A DNA stretch of 64,000 nt. It comes from an uncultured Lachnospiraceae bacterium (GTDB lineage Bacteria; Bacillota; Clostridia; Lachnospirales; Lachnospiraceae). Made by a program: the position numbers and the translations under genes. This document shows, one piece after another, positions 35,875 to 46,000 of this stretch (position 1 is its first letter; every line of letters begins with the position of its first letter). The stretch covers positions 36,097 through 100,096 of the forward strand of contig CAZOGN010000001.1 in the NCBI GenBank assembly GCA_964579655.1, given 5' to 3'. Below the pieces are notes generated by a model. The model was given only the letters and a program-made list of their open reading frames with translations, was not told the DNA's origin and did no database searches.

Positions 35875-38518
35875 CTATTTTTATGCTTTTTTCAAGAACG
35901 ATTGGCGCTTGCCTAATAACTTCATCCATTCCATCTGGGTTTTTACCTCCAGCTTGAGCCATATTTGGACGCCCACCACCGCCTCCACCAATTAAAGCAG
36001 ATAGCTCTTTTATAATCTTTCCTGCATTGGCACCTTTTTTAACTACACTATCGGAAGCCATAACAATAAGATTAACTTTCTTATTATCTACACTAGAAGT
36101 TAATACAACAACTCCGTCTTGTAATTTATCTTTAAGTTGATCGCCCAAACTACGTAAACCATTCATATCAACATTTGCTACCTTTGCAGCAATAAGTTTA
36201 ACACCTTTTACATCTATTACTTGGTCAAAAACATCTCTTATTGATTCTGTAGCAAGTTTCGATTTTAATTTTTCATTTTCACTATTTAAACTTTTAACTT
36301 CTTCAAGTAAGTGTTCAATTCTATGAGATAGTTTTGATGGCTCAGTTTTTGCAAGGCTAGCAACTTCATTTAAAGTCTTTTCAATATTACTATAATAATC
36401 ATAAACATTCCTACCTGTTAAAGCTTCTATTCTTCTAACACCTGCTGCTATACTTGTTTCTGCAATAATCTTAAACACAGAAATATTTGAAGTATTAACA
36501 ACATGGGTTCCACCGCATAGCTCCATACTATAATTGCCCATAGAAACCACTCTTACATTATCATCATACTTTTCACCAAATAAGGCCATTGCACCACTTT
36601 TTTTAGCATCTTCTATTGACATTACTTCTGTGTTAACTATAAGTGATTCTTGTATTTGCTCATTAACTATATCTTCTACCTTTTTAATTTCTTCTGCTGT
36701 TAAGGCTTGGAAATGTGTAAAGTCAAATCGTAGTCTTTTATTATCAACATAAGACCCTGCTTGTTCTATATGATTGCCTAATACACTTCTTAATGCTTTT
36801 TGTAAAAGATGGGTAGCACTATGATTTCTAGCAGTATCTTGTCTTTGTCTTTCATCTATTGATAGCTTAACAGTTTCATGAACTTTAAAACTACCACTAC
36901 TTACATAGCCAACATGACCAATCTTATTTCCAGGAAGGTTAATAGTGTCAGTAACTTCAAAATATCCCGTATCTGTGGATATACAGCCTTTATCTGCAAC
37001 TTGGCCACCACTTGTGGCGTAAAACGGAGTTTCTTCCACAATAATTGTCCCTTTACGACCCTTACTTAATTCTTCTACTACTTCTTCTTCTGTCGTCAAG
37101 GCAATAATCGTAGAGGAGGCAAAATTAAGGCTATGTCCAATAAATTCTGAGTGAAGCTTTGGATCTAATTGCAAGTAAACAGTCTCATCTGATCCCATAT
37201 AATTTGTAACACCACGAGCTTCTCTTGCTGTTTGCCTTTGAATCTCCATAGCAGCCTTGAAACCTTCTTCATCAACAGACATACCTTTTTCTTCAAGTAT
37301 CTCTTTAGTTAAATCTAATGGAAATCCATAAGTATCATATAATTTAAAAGCATCTTCTCCTGCTAAGATTGTTTTATGTTCTGCTAATAACTTCTTTTCA
37401 AAATCTTCTAATATTCCAAGTCCCTGATCAATTGTTTTATCGAAATTATCCTCTTCAATAGATATTAGTTTTAGAATATATTCTTTTCTATCCACTAAAT
37501 CTGGATAAGCATCTTTTGATTCTTCAATAACAATAGTGCTAAGACTTGTTAAAAACTTATCTTCTATATTAAGTAAGCGTCCATGTCTTGCTGCACGTCT
37601 TAGAAGCCTTCTTAACACATATCCTCTTCCTTCATTAGAAGGTATAATCCCATCACCTGTCATAAATGTAACAGAACGAATATGATCTGTAATAAGACGA
37701 ATTGAAATATCATTTATAGGATCTTTTCCATACTCCACATTGGCCATCTCACATACTTTATCTCTTATTACTTTAATAGCATCAATGTCAAATATAGAAC
37801 CCACATCTTGTACTATAGCAGCAAGTCTTTCAAGTCCCATACCTGTATCTATATTCTTATTAGTCAATTCCTCATAATTACCATTTCCATCACTATTAAA
37901 TTGTGTAAAAACATTATTCCATACTTCTATATACCTATCACATTCACAACCTACTGTACAAGTTTCTTCTCCACATCCATACTTTATACCACGGTCATAA
38001 AATATTTCCGAACATGGGCCACAAGGACCTGCGCCATGTTCCCAGAAGTTATCCTCCTTGCCAAAACGAAAGATCTTTTCTTCTGGAAGTCCAATCACAT
38101 TCTTCCATATATCATAAGCTTCATCGTCATCTAAATATATTGATGCATATAATCTTTTTGGATCCAGACCAATAATCTCCGTTAAAAATTCCCAAGACCA
38201 TTCTAAGGATTCCTTCTTGAAATAATCTCCAAAAGAAAAATTACCTAACATTTCAAAAAATGTACCATGCCTATCTGTCTTACCTACATTCTCAATATCG
38301 CCTGTTCTAATGCATTTTTGACACGTTGCCATCCTATTACTAGGCGGTGTCTCTTGACCAGTGAAATAAGGCTTTAAAGGTGCCATTCCTGCATTAACTA
38401 ACAATAAGCTTTTATCATTTTCCGGTACCAAAGAAAAGCTATCTAATATTAAATGTTCTTTGCTTTTAAAAAAGTCCAAAAACATTTTTCTTAATTCATT
38501 CATTCCATATGCTTTCAA
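35864..38518 (-). CDS. alaS: Alanine--tRNA ligase
   Basis: FEMLGNFSFGDYFK, the editing-domain HSATHLL, and a C-terminal DHHA1 with a GGGGG loop. The likely start is the TTG at 38518 (AGGAGG 7 nt upstream), giving MKAYGMNELRKMF. Confidence 0.95.
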   Translation of the reverse strand: MKAYGMNELRKMFLDFFKSKEHLILDSFSLVPENDKSLLLVNAGMAPLKPYFTGQETPPSNRMATCQKCIRTGDIENVGKTDRHGTFFEMLGNFSFGDYFKKESLEWSWEFLTEIIGLDPKRLYASIYLDDDEAYDIWKNVIGLPEEKIFRFGKEDNFWEHGAGPCGPCSEIFYDRGIKYGCGEETCTVGCECDRYIEVWNNVFTQFNSDGNGNYEELTNKNIDTGMGLERLAAIVQDVGSIFDIDAIKVIRDKVCEMANVEYGKDPINDISIRLITDHIRSVTFMTGDGIIPSNEGRGYVLRRLLRRAARHGRLLNIEDKFLTSLSTIVIEESKDAYPDLVDRKEYILKLISIEEDNFDKTIDQGLGILEDFEKKLLAEHKTILAGEDAFKLYDTYGFPLDLTKEILEEKGMSVDEEGFKAAMEIQRQTAREARGVTNYMGSDETVYLQLDPKLHSEFIGHSLNFASSTIIALTTEEEVVEELSKGRKGTIIVEETPFYATSGGQVADKGCISTDTGYFEVTDTINLPGNKIGHVGYVSSGSFKVHETVKLSIDERQRQDTARNHSATHLLQKALRSVLGNHIEQAGSYVDNKRLRFDFTHFQALTAEEIKKVEDIVNEQIQESLIVNTEVMSIEDAKKSGAMALFGEKYDDNVRVVSMGNYSMELCGGTHVVNTSNISVFKIIAETSIAAGVRRIEALTGRNVYDYYSNIEKTLNEVASLAKTEPSKLSHRIEHLLEEVKSLNSENEKLKSKLATESIRDVFDQVIDVKGVKLIAAKVANVDMNGLRSLGDQLKDKLQDGVVVLTSSVDNKKVNLIVMASDSVVKKGANAGKIIKELSALIGGGGGGRPNMAQAGGKNPDGMDEVIRQAPIVLEKSIKIVDV

Positions 38519-38553
38519 AATTCTTCCTCCTACTGTATTGTGTATAATAATCA

Positions 38554-38582
38554 ATTATATTGACTATTCAATTACTTGTCAA
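38554..38582 (-). promoter_or_regulatory. Consensus sigma-A promoter for alaS
   Basis: Minus strand: TTGACA (38582-38577), 17 nt, TATAAT (38559-38554). Confidence 0.6.
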
Positions 38583-38585
38583 TTC

Positions 38586-39212
38586 TCAAAAATTAATAAT
38601 CTCCAAGTGTTCAAATAGTATTTTAAATGCCATGAAAATTAGTATAATACCACCAAGAAGCTCTGCACTAGATTTATACCTTGCCCCAAACTTACTACCT
38701 ATTTTAACACCAAAATAAGACAAGGTGAAAGTTACAATACCTATTATTATAATAGAAGGTAGTATCTTAACTCTTAAAAAAGCAAAAGTTACTCCAACTG
38801 CTAATGCATCAATACTTGTTGCAACTGCAAGAATACTCATGGTTTTATAGCCAAGTGAAGAGTCAATCTCATTATTTTTTGAATCAAGGCAAACACTAGT
38901 TGATTTATCTTCTTTAGCCTTGCAGGTCTTAGATTGCCATGCTTCTTTAATCATATTTAAACCAATTACCCCTAATAAGATAAAAGCTATCCAATGGTCT
39001 ATACTACGAATACCTTCTTGAAACTGTACACCTAACAAATACCCTATTAATGGCATAAGTGCTTGAAAAACTCCAAAATATAATGCAATAATTAACATGC
39101 TTTTAATATTGATTTTTTTCATGGACAAGCCCTTACATATTGCCACTGCAAAAGCATCCATAGAAACTCCTATAGATATTACAAGTAGTTCAAAAATTGT
39201 TAGTGAATTCAT
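38586..39212 (-). CDS. mntP: Manganese efflux pump MntP
   Basis: Duplicated DUF204 repeats with SMDAFAVAI and SIDALAVGV motifs. 6 TM, 208 aa. Confidence 0.85.
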   Translation of the reverse strand: MNSLTIFELLVISIGVSMDAFAVAICKGLSMKKINIKSMLIIALYFGVFQALMPLIGYLLGVQFQEGIRSIDHWIAFILLGVIGLNMIKEAWQSKTCKAKEDKSTSVCLDSKNNEIDSSLGYKTMSILAVATSIDALAVGVTFAFLRVKILPSIIIIGIVTFTLSYFGVKIGSKFGARYKSSAELLGGIILIFMAFKILFEHLEIINF

Positions 39213-39224
39213 CTGTATACTCCT

Positions 39225-39266
39225 AAATACCCAAAGGACTTATCTACATGACTTGCAGATAAGTCC
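39225..39266 (-). terminator. Stem-loop after the nitroreductase gene, 24 nt upstream of the mntP ATG
   Basis: GGACTTATCT/AGATAAGTCC, a perfect 10-bp stem with an 11-nt loop, followed by TTTGGGTATTT on the minus strand. Confidence 0.5.
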
Positions 39267-39290
39267 CTATTAATCAATGTTCTTTTATAC

Positions 39291-39797
39291 TTATTCTTCC
39301 CAGCTTACCATATCATCAAAACTATTTCTTTTCTTATTTGGAATCTCTTCATTTTCTGGATATCCAATAGGAATTAAGGCTGCTACTTGCATATGTTTTG
39401 GAAGGTCAAGGGTTTTATCTAGCTTCTGGGAATCAAAATTACAAACTATACAAGTTCCAAGACCTAAATCTGTAGCTGCTAATGCTATATGTTCTATTGC
39501 AATTCCTGCATCAATATCAGCATGGTCCTTACCATCACTACGTTTCCATGATAAAGAACGGTCTACACAAACAACTATAATTGTAGGAACATTCATAATC
39601 CATTTTCTTGGATATGCATCTAATATTTCTCTCTTCTTTGTTTCATTAGATACTACTTTATAACGAAGAGGCTGTTTGTTAACTGCTGAGGGCGATAAAA
39701 TTGCAGCTTCAAGTACAGCACGTATTTTATCTTTTTCAATTTCCTTATCTTTAAAACTTCTTAGAGAATATCTGTTTTGTGCAAGTTGTAAAAACAT
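39291..39797 (-). CDS. Nitroreductase-family FMN oxidoreductase
   Basis: RYSLRSFKDKEI...SPSAVNKQP N-terminal motif of the nitroreductase fold. 168 aa. Confidence 0.8.
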   Translation of the reverse strand: MFLQLAQNRYSLRSFKDKEIEKDKIRAVLEAAILSPSAVNKQPLRYKVVSNETKKREILDAYPRKWIMNVPTIIVVCVDRSLSWKRSDGKDHADIDAGIAIEHIALAATDLGLGTCIVCNFDSQKLDKTLDLPKHMQVAALIPIGYPENEEIPNKKRNSFDDMVSWEE

Positions 39798-39810
39798 CTA
39801 TACCTCCTAG

Positions 39811-40560
39811 CTATGTGTTTATAATAACATTCTTACCATTGGTTTCAAATATTTTTTTTACTTCTTCCATTAATTCTTTTTTAGGTTCTTTAGTATCTTT
39901 AAGCTTATATTCTTCTCCTAATTCTTCCCACTTGTACTCACCCATCTTATGAAATGCTAAGGGTTCAATTTTGGTCACATTAGGAAAATCATCTAAATGA
40001 TTTGATAAAGCTTTTATACTTTCTAAATCATCTGTTATCTCTGGTACTACAACATATCTTACCCAAACTTCAATGTTCTTTTCTTTTAAATGATCTAATG
40101 TTTCAAGTGTTGGTGAAAGTTTGCCTCCACTTACAAGCTGATAGGTTTCTTCATCAAAACTTTTTATATCAAGTAGAACTAAATCTGTATATTTATAAAG
40201 TTCTTTTACCTTATCATTAAGTATAAAACCTGACGTGTCTACTACTACAGAGATACCTTCTTCTTTGCACTTTTTTGCAAGCTCTGTTAAAAACTCTGCT
40301 TGTACAAGGGGGTCTCCACCTGTGAAAGTAACGCCACCAGAAGAAGCTTCCATATAAGTTTTATATTTTTTTATTTCAAACATTAAATCATCGACTGTGT
40401 ATTCTTCACCTTCATTAATCTTCCAAGTATCTGGATTATGACAATACTGACAACGTAAGGCACATCCTTGTAAAAAGATCACAAAACGAATTCCCGGCCC
40501 ATCTACTGTACCCAACGTTTCAAACGAATGTACTCTTCCAGTATTTTTCATTTCCATCAC
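39811..40560 (-). CDS. pflA: Pyruvate formate-lyase activating enzyme
   Basis: GTVDGPGIRFVIFLQGCALRCQYCHNPDTW radical-SAM cluster motif. Directly after pflB. The exact start is ambiguous among the GTG at 40560 and the ATGs at 40557 and 40551. Confidence 0.9.
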   Translation of the reverse strand: MMEMKNTGRVHSFETLGTVDGPGIRFVIFLQGCALRCQYCHNPDTWKINEGEEYTVDDLMFEIKKYKTYMEASSGGVTFTGGDPLVQAEFLTELAKKCKEEGISVVVDTSGFILNDKVKELYKYTDLVLLDIKSFDEETYQLVSGGKLSPTLETLDHLKEKNIEVWVRYVVVPEITDDLESIKALSNHLDDFPNVTKIEPLAFHKMGEYKWEELGEEYKLKDTKEPKKELMEEVKKIFETNGKNVIINT

Positions 40561-40565
40561 ACCTC

Positions 40566-42803
40566 TTATCTTTCATGGAAAGTTCTATGAATAACATCTA
40601 GTTGTTGTTCACGATTTAGTTTTACAAAGTTTACTGCATAACCAGAAACACGAATAGTAAGTTGTGGATATCTTTCTGGATGATCCATAGCATCTAATAA
40701 GGTTTCCCTATCAAAAACATTAACATTTATATGATGCCCAGTATCTTTAAAATAACCATCTAATAATCCAACTAAATTATATTTTCTTTCGTCTTCTGTC
40801 TTGCCTAGTGCCTTTGGTACAATTGAAAATGTATAAGATATACCATCTTCAGCATGACGATAAGGAAGTTTTGCAACAGAGGCCATAGATGCAATAGCAC
40901 CATTCTTATCTCTACCATGCATCGGATTTGCTCCTGGTGCAAATGGTTCACCTTTTTTTCTTCCGTCTGGAGTACTTCCGGTTTTTTTACCATATACTAC
41001 ATTAGAAGTTATTGTTAAGATAGATAATGTATGCTTTGCTCCTCTATAAGGCTTAACTTTACGTAATTTATTCATGAAAATCTCTGTAATATCAACAGCA
41101 ATCTGATCAACTCTTGAATCATTGTTACCAAAGGCTGGATATTCGCCTTCTACTTCAAAATCTACTGCAAGTCCTTTTTCATCTCTAATTACTTTAACCT
41201 TTGCATATTTTATAGCAGATAATGAATCCGCTACAACAGATAAACCTGCAATACCACAAGCTTCTGTACGGTCTACATTTATATCATGTAAGGCCATTTG
41301 TAATTTTTCATAATTATACTTGTCATGCATAAAATGAATTACATTTAGTGTATTAATATATAGTTCAGAAAGCCAATCTAATATTTGGTCAAATTTTCTT
41401 GTAACTTCATCATAGTCAAGATATTCGCTTGTAATAGGTTCAAACATTGGTCCTACCTGGTCACCCGAAATCTCATCTTTACCACCATTAATTGCATATA
41501 ACAAGGCTTTTGCAAGATTAGCTCTGGCTCCAAAAAATTGCATCTGTTTCCCAAGCTTCATTGCTGAAACGCAACAAGCAATACCATAATCATCGCCCCA
41601 TAGATTTCTCATTATATCATCATTTTCATATTGAATAGAGCTTGTATCAATAGAAATCTTTGCACAATATTCTTTAAATGCTTTAGGTAAGTTATTAGAC
41701 CATAAAATTGTTAAGTTTGGTTCTGGTGCTGGTCCTAAATTATCAAGAGTATGAAGTATACGAAAACTACTCTTAGTTACTAAAGTTCTTCCATCTAGAC
41801 CCATACCTCCAATAGCTTCAGTTACCCAAGTTGGATCACCTGAAAACAGATCATTGTAGTCAGGAGTTCTAAGGAATCTAACCATTCTGAGCTTCATTAC
41901 AAATTGATCCATTATTTCTTGGATTTCTTCCTCAGTAATTAGCTTATTCTTTAAATCTCTTTCATAATAAATATCTAAAAATGTAGCAACTCGTCCTATA
42001 CTCATTGCAGCACCATCTTGCTCTTTTACAGCTCCTAAGTATGCAAAATATGTCCATTGAGTTGCTTCAACAGAGTTTTTAGCAGGTAGGCCTATATCGT
42101 ATCCATAGGAAGCTGCCATTTCCTTTAATTCTTTAAGAGCACCTATTTGTTCAGAGATTTCTTCTCTTAATATAATATCAGGTGATTCAAACACAGGAAT
42201 TTCTAACAATCTCTTTTGTTCTTCTCTTTTTTCTATTAAAAAATCCAATCCATATAAGGCAACTCTTCTATAATCACCAATAATACGTCCTCTTCCGTAT
42301 GCATCAGGTAATCCTGTAATAATACCAGAATGCCTTGCCTTACGCATTGCTGTAGTGTACGCATCAAAGACACCATCATTATGAGTTTTTCTATTTTTAT
42401 AAATCTCTTCTGTATTCTTGTCAAGTTCATATCCATATGACTTTAATGCATTTCTAACAACACGAATACCACCATTTGGCATGATTCCTCTTTTTAAGGG
42501 TTTATCAGTTTGAAAACCAACAATTATTTCATTTTCCTTATCTAAATATCCTGGTCCAAATGTTGTAATTGTAGAAGGATTCTTTGTTTCAGCATCAATG
42601 ATTCCTTTTTCATTTTCTATCTTCATTAATTCTAAAACTTCATTCCAAAGATATTTGGTTCTATCTGTTGCGCCTACTAAAAAAGATTCATCTCCTTCAT
42701 ATGGCGTATAATTATTTTGAATAAAGCTTCTAACATTAACTTCTCTTGTCCAGCTTCCTGGTTTAAACTCAAACCATTCTTGCCTTTTTACATCTTTTTT
42801 CAT
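40566..42803 (-). CDS. pflB: Formate C-acetyltransferase (pyruvate formate-lyase)
   Basis: Catalytic ACCVS and the glycyl-radical motif [11 protein letters not shown]. 745 aa. Confidence 0.95.
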   Translation of the reverse strand: MKKDVKRQEWFEFKPGSWTREVNVRSFIQNNYTPYEGDESFLVGATDRTKYLWNEVLELMKIENEKGIIDAETKNPSTITTFGPGYLDKENEIIVGFQTDKPLKRGIMPNGGIRVVRNALKSYGYELDKNTEEIYKNRKTHNDGVFDAYTTAMRKARHSGIITGLPDAYGRGRIIGDYRRVALYGLDFLIEKREEQKRLLEIPVFESPDIILREEISEQIGALKELKEMAASYGYDIGLPAKNSVEATQWTYFAYLGAVKEQDGAAMSIGRVATFLDIYYERDLKNKLITEEEIQEIMDQFVMKLRMVRFLRTPDYNDLFSGDPTWVTEAIGGMGLDGRTLVTKSSFRILHTLDNLGPAPEPNLTILWSNNLPKAFKEYCAKISIDTSSIQYENDDIMRNLWGDDYGIACCVSAMKLGKQMQFFGARANLAKALLYAINGGKDEISGDQVGPMFEPITSEYLDYDEVTRKFDQILDWLSELYINTLNVIHFMHDKYNYEKLQMALHDINVDRTEACGIAGLSVVADSLSAIKYAKVKVIRDEKGLAVDFEVEGEYPAFGNNDSRVDQIAVDITEIFMNKLRKVKPYRGAKHTLSILTITSNVVYGKKTGSTPDGRKKGEPFAPGANPMHGRDKNGAIASMASVAKLPYRHAEDGISYTFSIVPKALGKTEDERKYNLVGLLDGYFKDTGHHINVNVFDRETLLDAMDHPERYPQLTIRVSGYAVNFVKLNREQQLDVIHRTFHER

Positions 42804-42871
42804 ATAAAAACCTCCATAAAATATATTTTATATTAATCAACTTGAAAACAATAATTCAAATAAATAAAAGC

Positions 42872-42889
42872 TAGTTATAAATTTAACAA
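42872..42889 (-). promoter_or_regulatory. Possible Rex-type operator downstream of the pflB -10
   Basis: The minus strand reads TTGTTAA-ATTT-ATAACTA, against the Rex box TTGTTAA-N4-TTAACAA. The left half is perfect; the right half matches 5/7. Confidence 0.3.
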
Positions 42890-42893
42890 AATT

Positions 42894-42922
42894 ATAATAA
42901 CATGAAGAAACATTAATATCAA
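42894..42922 (-). promoter_or_regulatory. Sigma-A promoter for pflB (extended -10)
   Basis: Minus strand: TTGATA (42922-42917), 17 nt, TGtTATTAT (-10 at 42899-42894). Confidence 0.45.
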
Positions 42923-42937
42923 TGTTTTAAAAATAAT

Positions 42938-42966
42938 TTGCAATTTTGAATTTAATAGTGTAAAAT
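42938..42966 (+). promoter_or_regulatory. Sigma-A promoter for the tRNA gene
   Basis: TTGCAA (42938-42943), 17 nt, TAAAAT (42961-42966), 11 nt before the first tRNA base. Confidence 0.5.
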
Positions 42967-42977
42967 ACTTTTGTTAC

Positions 42978-43049
42978 GGCTCGTTGGTCAAGAGGTTAAG
43001 ACGTCGCCCTCTCAAGGCGAAATCAGGGGTTCAATTCCCCTACGAGCCA
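42978..43049 (+). tRNA. tRNA-Glu, anticodon CUC; no encoded CCA
   Basis: Hand-folded cloverleaf. Acceptor GGCTCGT/ACGAGCC, D arm GTC-AAGAGGTTAA-GAC. Anticodon stem TCGCC/GGCGA with loop CT-CTC-AA. T arm AGGGG-TTCAATT-CCCCT, discriminator A. The layout parallels E. coli tRNA-Glu. Confidence 0.85.
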
Positions 43050-43072
43050 TTATACTCTAATAATTCTTTTTA

Positions 43073-46000
43073 CTATCCTTCTAAGAAATCCATAAATGAC
43101 ATTTGATCTGAATCAGGTAATTCTCCTAATAATCCTAATCTAGCCATTGTTTCTACAACAGTACTACTTACCTTACTTCTATTTTTAAAATCTTCTAAAG
43201 AAGTATAAGGACCGTCTTTTGCTGCTTCTACAACAGCATCTGCCGCCTTTTCTCCTAAACCATCTATTGAATTAAAGGCTGCCATGATTTGTCCGTCTCT
43301 TATTTGGAACTCCCTTGCTTTTGCTTTATATACATCAAGAGGTTCAAATTCAAATCCTCTAGCATACATTTCTTGAACAACTCTCATATCTTTAAGAGTA
43401 TCTTGCTCTTTTTTTGTTAAATCATTATATCTTTTTTTGTAGTCTTTAATTTTTACTTCAAGATATTCTTTTCCTTGACACATAAGCTCATAATTAAAGG
43501 CTGCTGCCCGAATACTAAAATAAGCTGAATAATAAGCTAAAGGATAGTAAACTTTAAAATAAGCAATTCTAAAGGCCATCATAACATAAGCTACTGCATG
43601 TGCTTTTGGGAACATATATTTAATTTGCTTACAAGACCAAATATACCAATCAGGTATATCTGCTTCAATCATAGCATCTTCCATCTCAGGAGTAAGTCCC
43701 CTACCCTTTCGTACAAACTCCATAATCTTAAAAGCCATACTACTTTTAACACCTTTATTAATTAGATATATCATAATATCATCTCTAGTACAAATAGCTG
43801 TTGATAAGGTACATTTTTCTTCAGCTATAAGAATTTGTGCATTGTTTAACCATACATCTGTTCCATGAGAAAGTCCAGAAATTCGAACTAACTCAGAAAA
43901 AGTAGTTGGCTTTGTATCACTAAGCATTTGCATTACAAAATCTGTTCCAAATTCGGGAACACCAAGTGAACCAAGTTTACATCCAGCTAGTTGCTGAGAA
44001 TTAACACCAAGTGCAGATGTGCTTGTAAATAATGATAAGACTTTCTCATCATCAAATCTTATGTTTTTTGCATCTACTCCCGTCAAATCTTCAAGAGTCT
44101 TTATCATTGTTGGATCATCATGTCCAAGCAAGTCAAGTTTCAACAAGTTATGATCAATAGAGTGATAGTCAAAGTGTGTGGTAACTATATTGGTCTTCAT
44201 ATCATTAGCAGGTCTTTGCACTGGAGTAAATGAATTAATATCTTCCCCATGGGGCAAAACAATTATTCCACCAGGGTGTTGGCCAGTTGTCCTTCTTACA
44301 CCAACACAGCCAGATACTATACGTTCAATCTCTGCCCTTCTTTTATGAATTTCTTTTTCTTCAAAATAATTCAACACATATCCAAAGGCCGTCTTTTCAG
44401 CCATAGTACCTATAGTTCCCGCACGAAATGTATGACCTTTTCCAAAAAGGGTTTCTGTATATTCATGGGATCTGCTTTGATATTCTCCGGAAAAGTTTAA
44501 ATCTATATCTGGTTCCTTATCTCCTTCAAAGCCAAGAAATGTTTCAAATGGAATATCATGACCATCTTTACTTAAAAGTTGTCCACAAGTTGGACATTCC
44601 TTATCTGGCATATCATAACCTGAGTATCCTGAATATTTTTTTACTTCATCAGATTCAAAATCATTATAAAAACAATTTGTGCAATAATAGTGAGCTGGTA
44701 AAGGGTTCACTTCCGTTATATCTGCCATCGTAGCAGCGAAAGAAGAACCAACCGATCCTCTTGAACCTACCAGATAACCATCTTCATTAGACTTTTTAAC
44801 TAGTTTTTGAGCTATAATATACATAACTGCATATCCATTACTAATAATAGAATCTAACTCCTTTTCCAACCTCTCTTCAACAACCTTTGGCAAGTTAGAT
44901 CCATACATTGAGTATGCCTTTTCATAACACGACTCTCTTAACATCTTGTCAGAATCTTCAATAACTGGTGGATACTTATCAGGTCTAACTGGAGATATGT
45001 ACTCTATTTGATTAGCAATTTTATTAGTGTTTCTTATAACAACTTCCCTTGCTTTTTCCTTTCCTAGATAATCAAATTCATCTAACATTTCATTTGTTGT
45101 TCTGAAATATAGTGGTGGTTGATTATCTGCATCCTTAAATCCTTTTCCAGCCATAATAATTCTTCTATAAAGTTCGTCTTCTGGATCTAAAAAATGTACA
45201 TCACAAGTGGCTACAACAGGCTTATTATATTCTTCCCCTAATTGTACTATTTTACGATTAATATTTATTAAATCTTCCTTAGAATTAATATCATACTTAT
45301 CGTTATCTATCATAAAATCATTATTTCCTAAGGGTTGTATTTCAAAATAGTCATAAAATCTTGCTAGTCTATCAACTTCATCAGCTGTCTGATTTCTTAA
45401 TATTGCTTGATAGATTTCTCCCGCTTCACAAGCTGAACCTATTATTAATCCTTCCCTATGTTTTAAAAATACACTTTTAGGGATACGGGGTCTTCTACTA
45501 TAATAATCTATATGGGACAAGGATATAAGCTTATATAAATTAATCCTACCAATTTCATTCTTTGCTAAGATAATGCCATGATATGTAGGCATTTTCTTAA
45601 TAACATCATTTGATGTGATATTTAAATTATCAATATCATCTAAGTTAGTAACTTCTTTTTCATTAAGCATATCTATAAAGTTTAAGAAAATCTTTGCTGT
45701 AGCATCTGCATCATCAACTGCCCTATGATGGTTTTCTAAAGGCACATTAAAATATTTAGCAATATTATTAAGTTTATAATTCTTTAAATTAGGAAGCAAT
45801 AATCTGGCTAATCCAACAGTATCAACTACTGTATTATCAACTAAAATCCCCAATTCATCAGCATTATTTTTAACAAAACTCATATCAAAAGAAGCGTTGT
45901 GTGCTACTAAAACGCTATCCTTACAAAAATCTAAAAATTGAGGAAGTACAACATCAATAGTTGGTTCATTTATAACCATATTGTCGCTAATACCCGTTAG

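Noticed and set aside
38519-38585. T-box leader upstream of alaS. The short leaders of proB (27339-27391) and the DAHP synthase gene (17844-18061) were considered in the same way.
   Set aside because: The leaders are far too short for a T-box of about 200 nt or more. There is no specifier-loop or T-box sequence (AANNNGGGTGGTACCGCG-like). Near-consensus promoters sit within 30-45 nt of the start codons.
39213-39290. yybP-ykoY manganese riboswitch upstream of mntP.
   Set aside because: Only 78 nt are available, and the conserved GGGGAGUAG / CAAGACAUA-type loops are absent. The single simple hairpin is better explained as the upstream gene's terminator.
39277-39663. 128-aa plus-strand ORF.
   Set aside because: It lies entirely antisense to the well-supported nitroreductase gene. 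Its composition is low-complexity Ser/Phe/Ile-rich, typical of the antisense frame of AT-rich genes, and it has no RBS.
40805-42436. Same-strand alternative-frame ORFs within pflB (40805-40993 and 42236-42436).
   Set aside because: They are short, out of frame with an unambiguous 745-aa PflB, and have no start context.
44249-44733. Two overlapping plus-strand ORFs inside polC.
   Set aside because: They are antisense to the polymerase core and have no RBS or motifs. This is a chance open frame.
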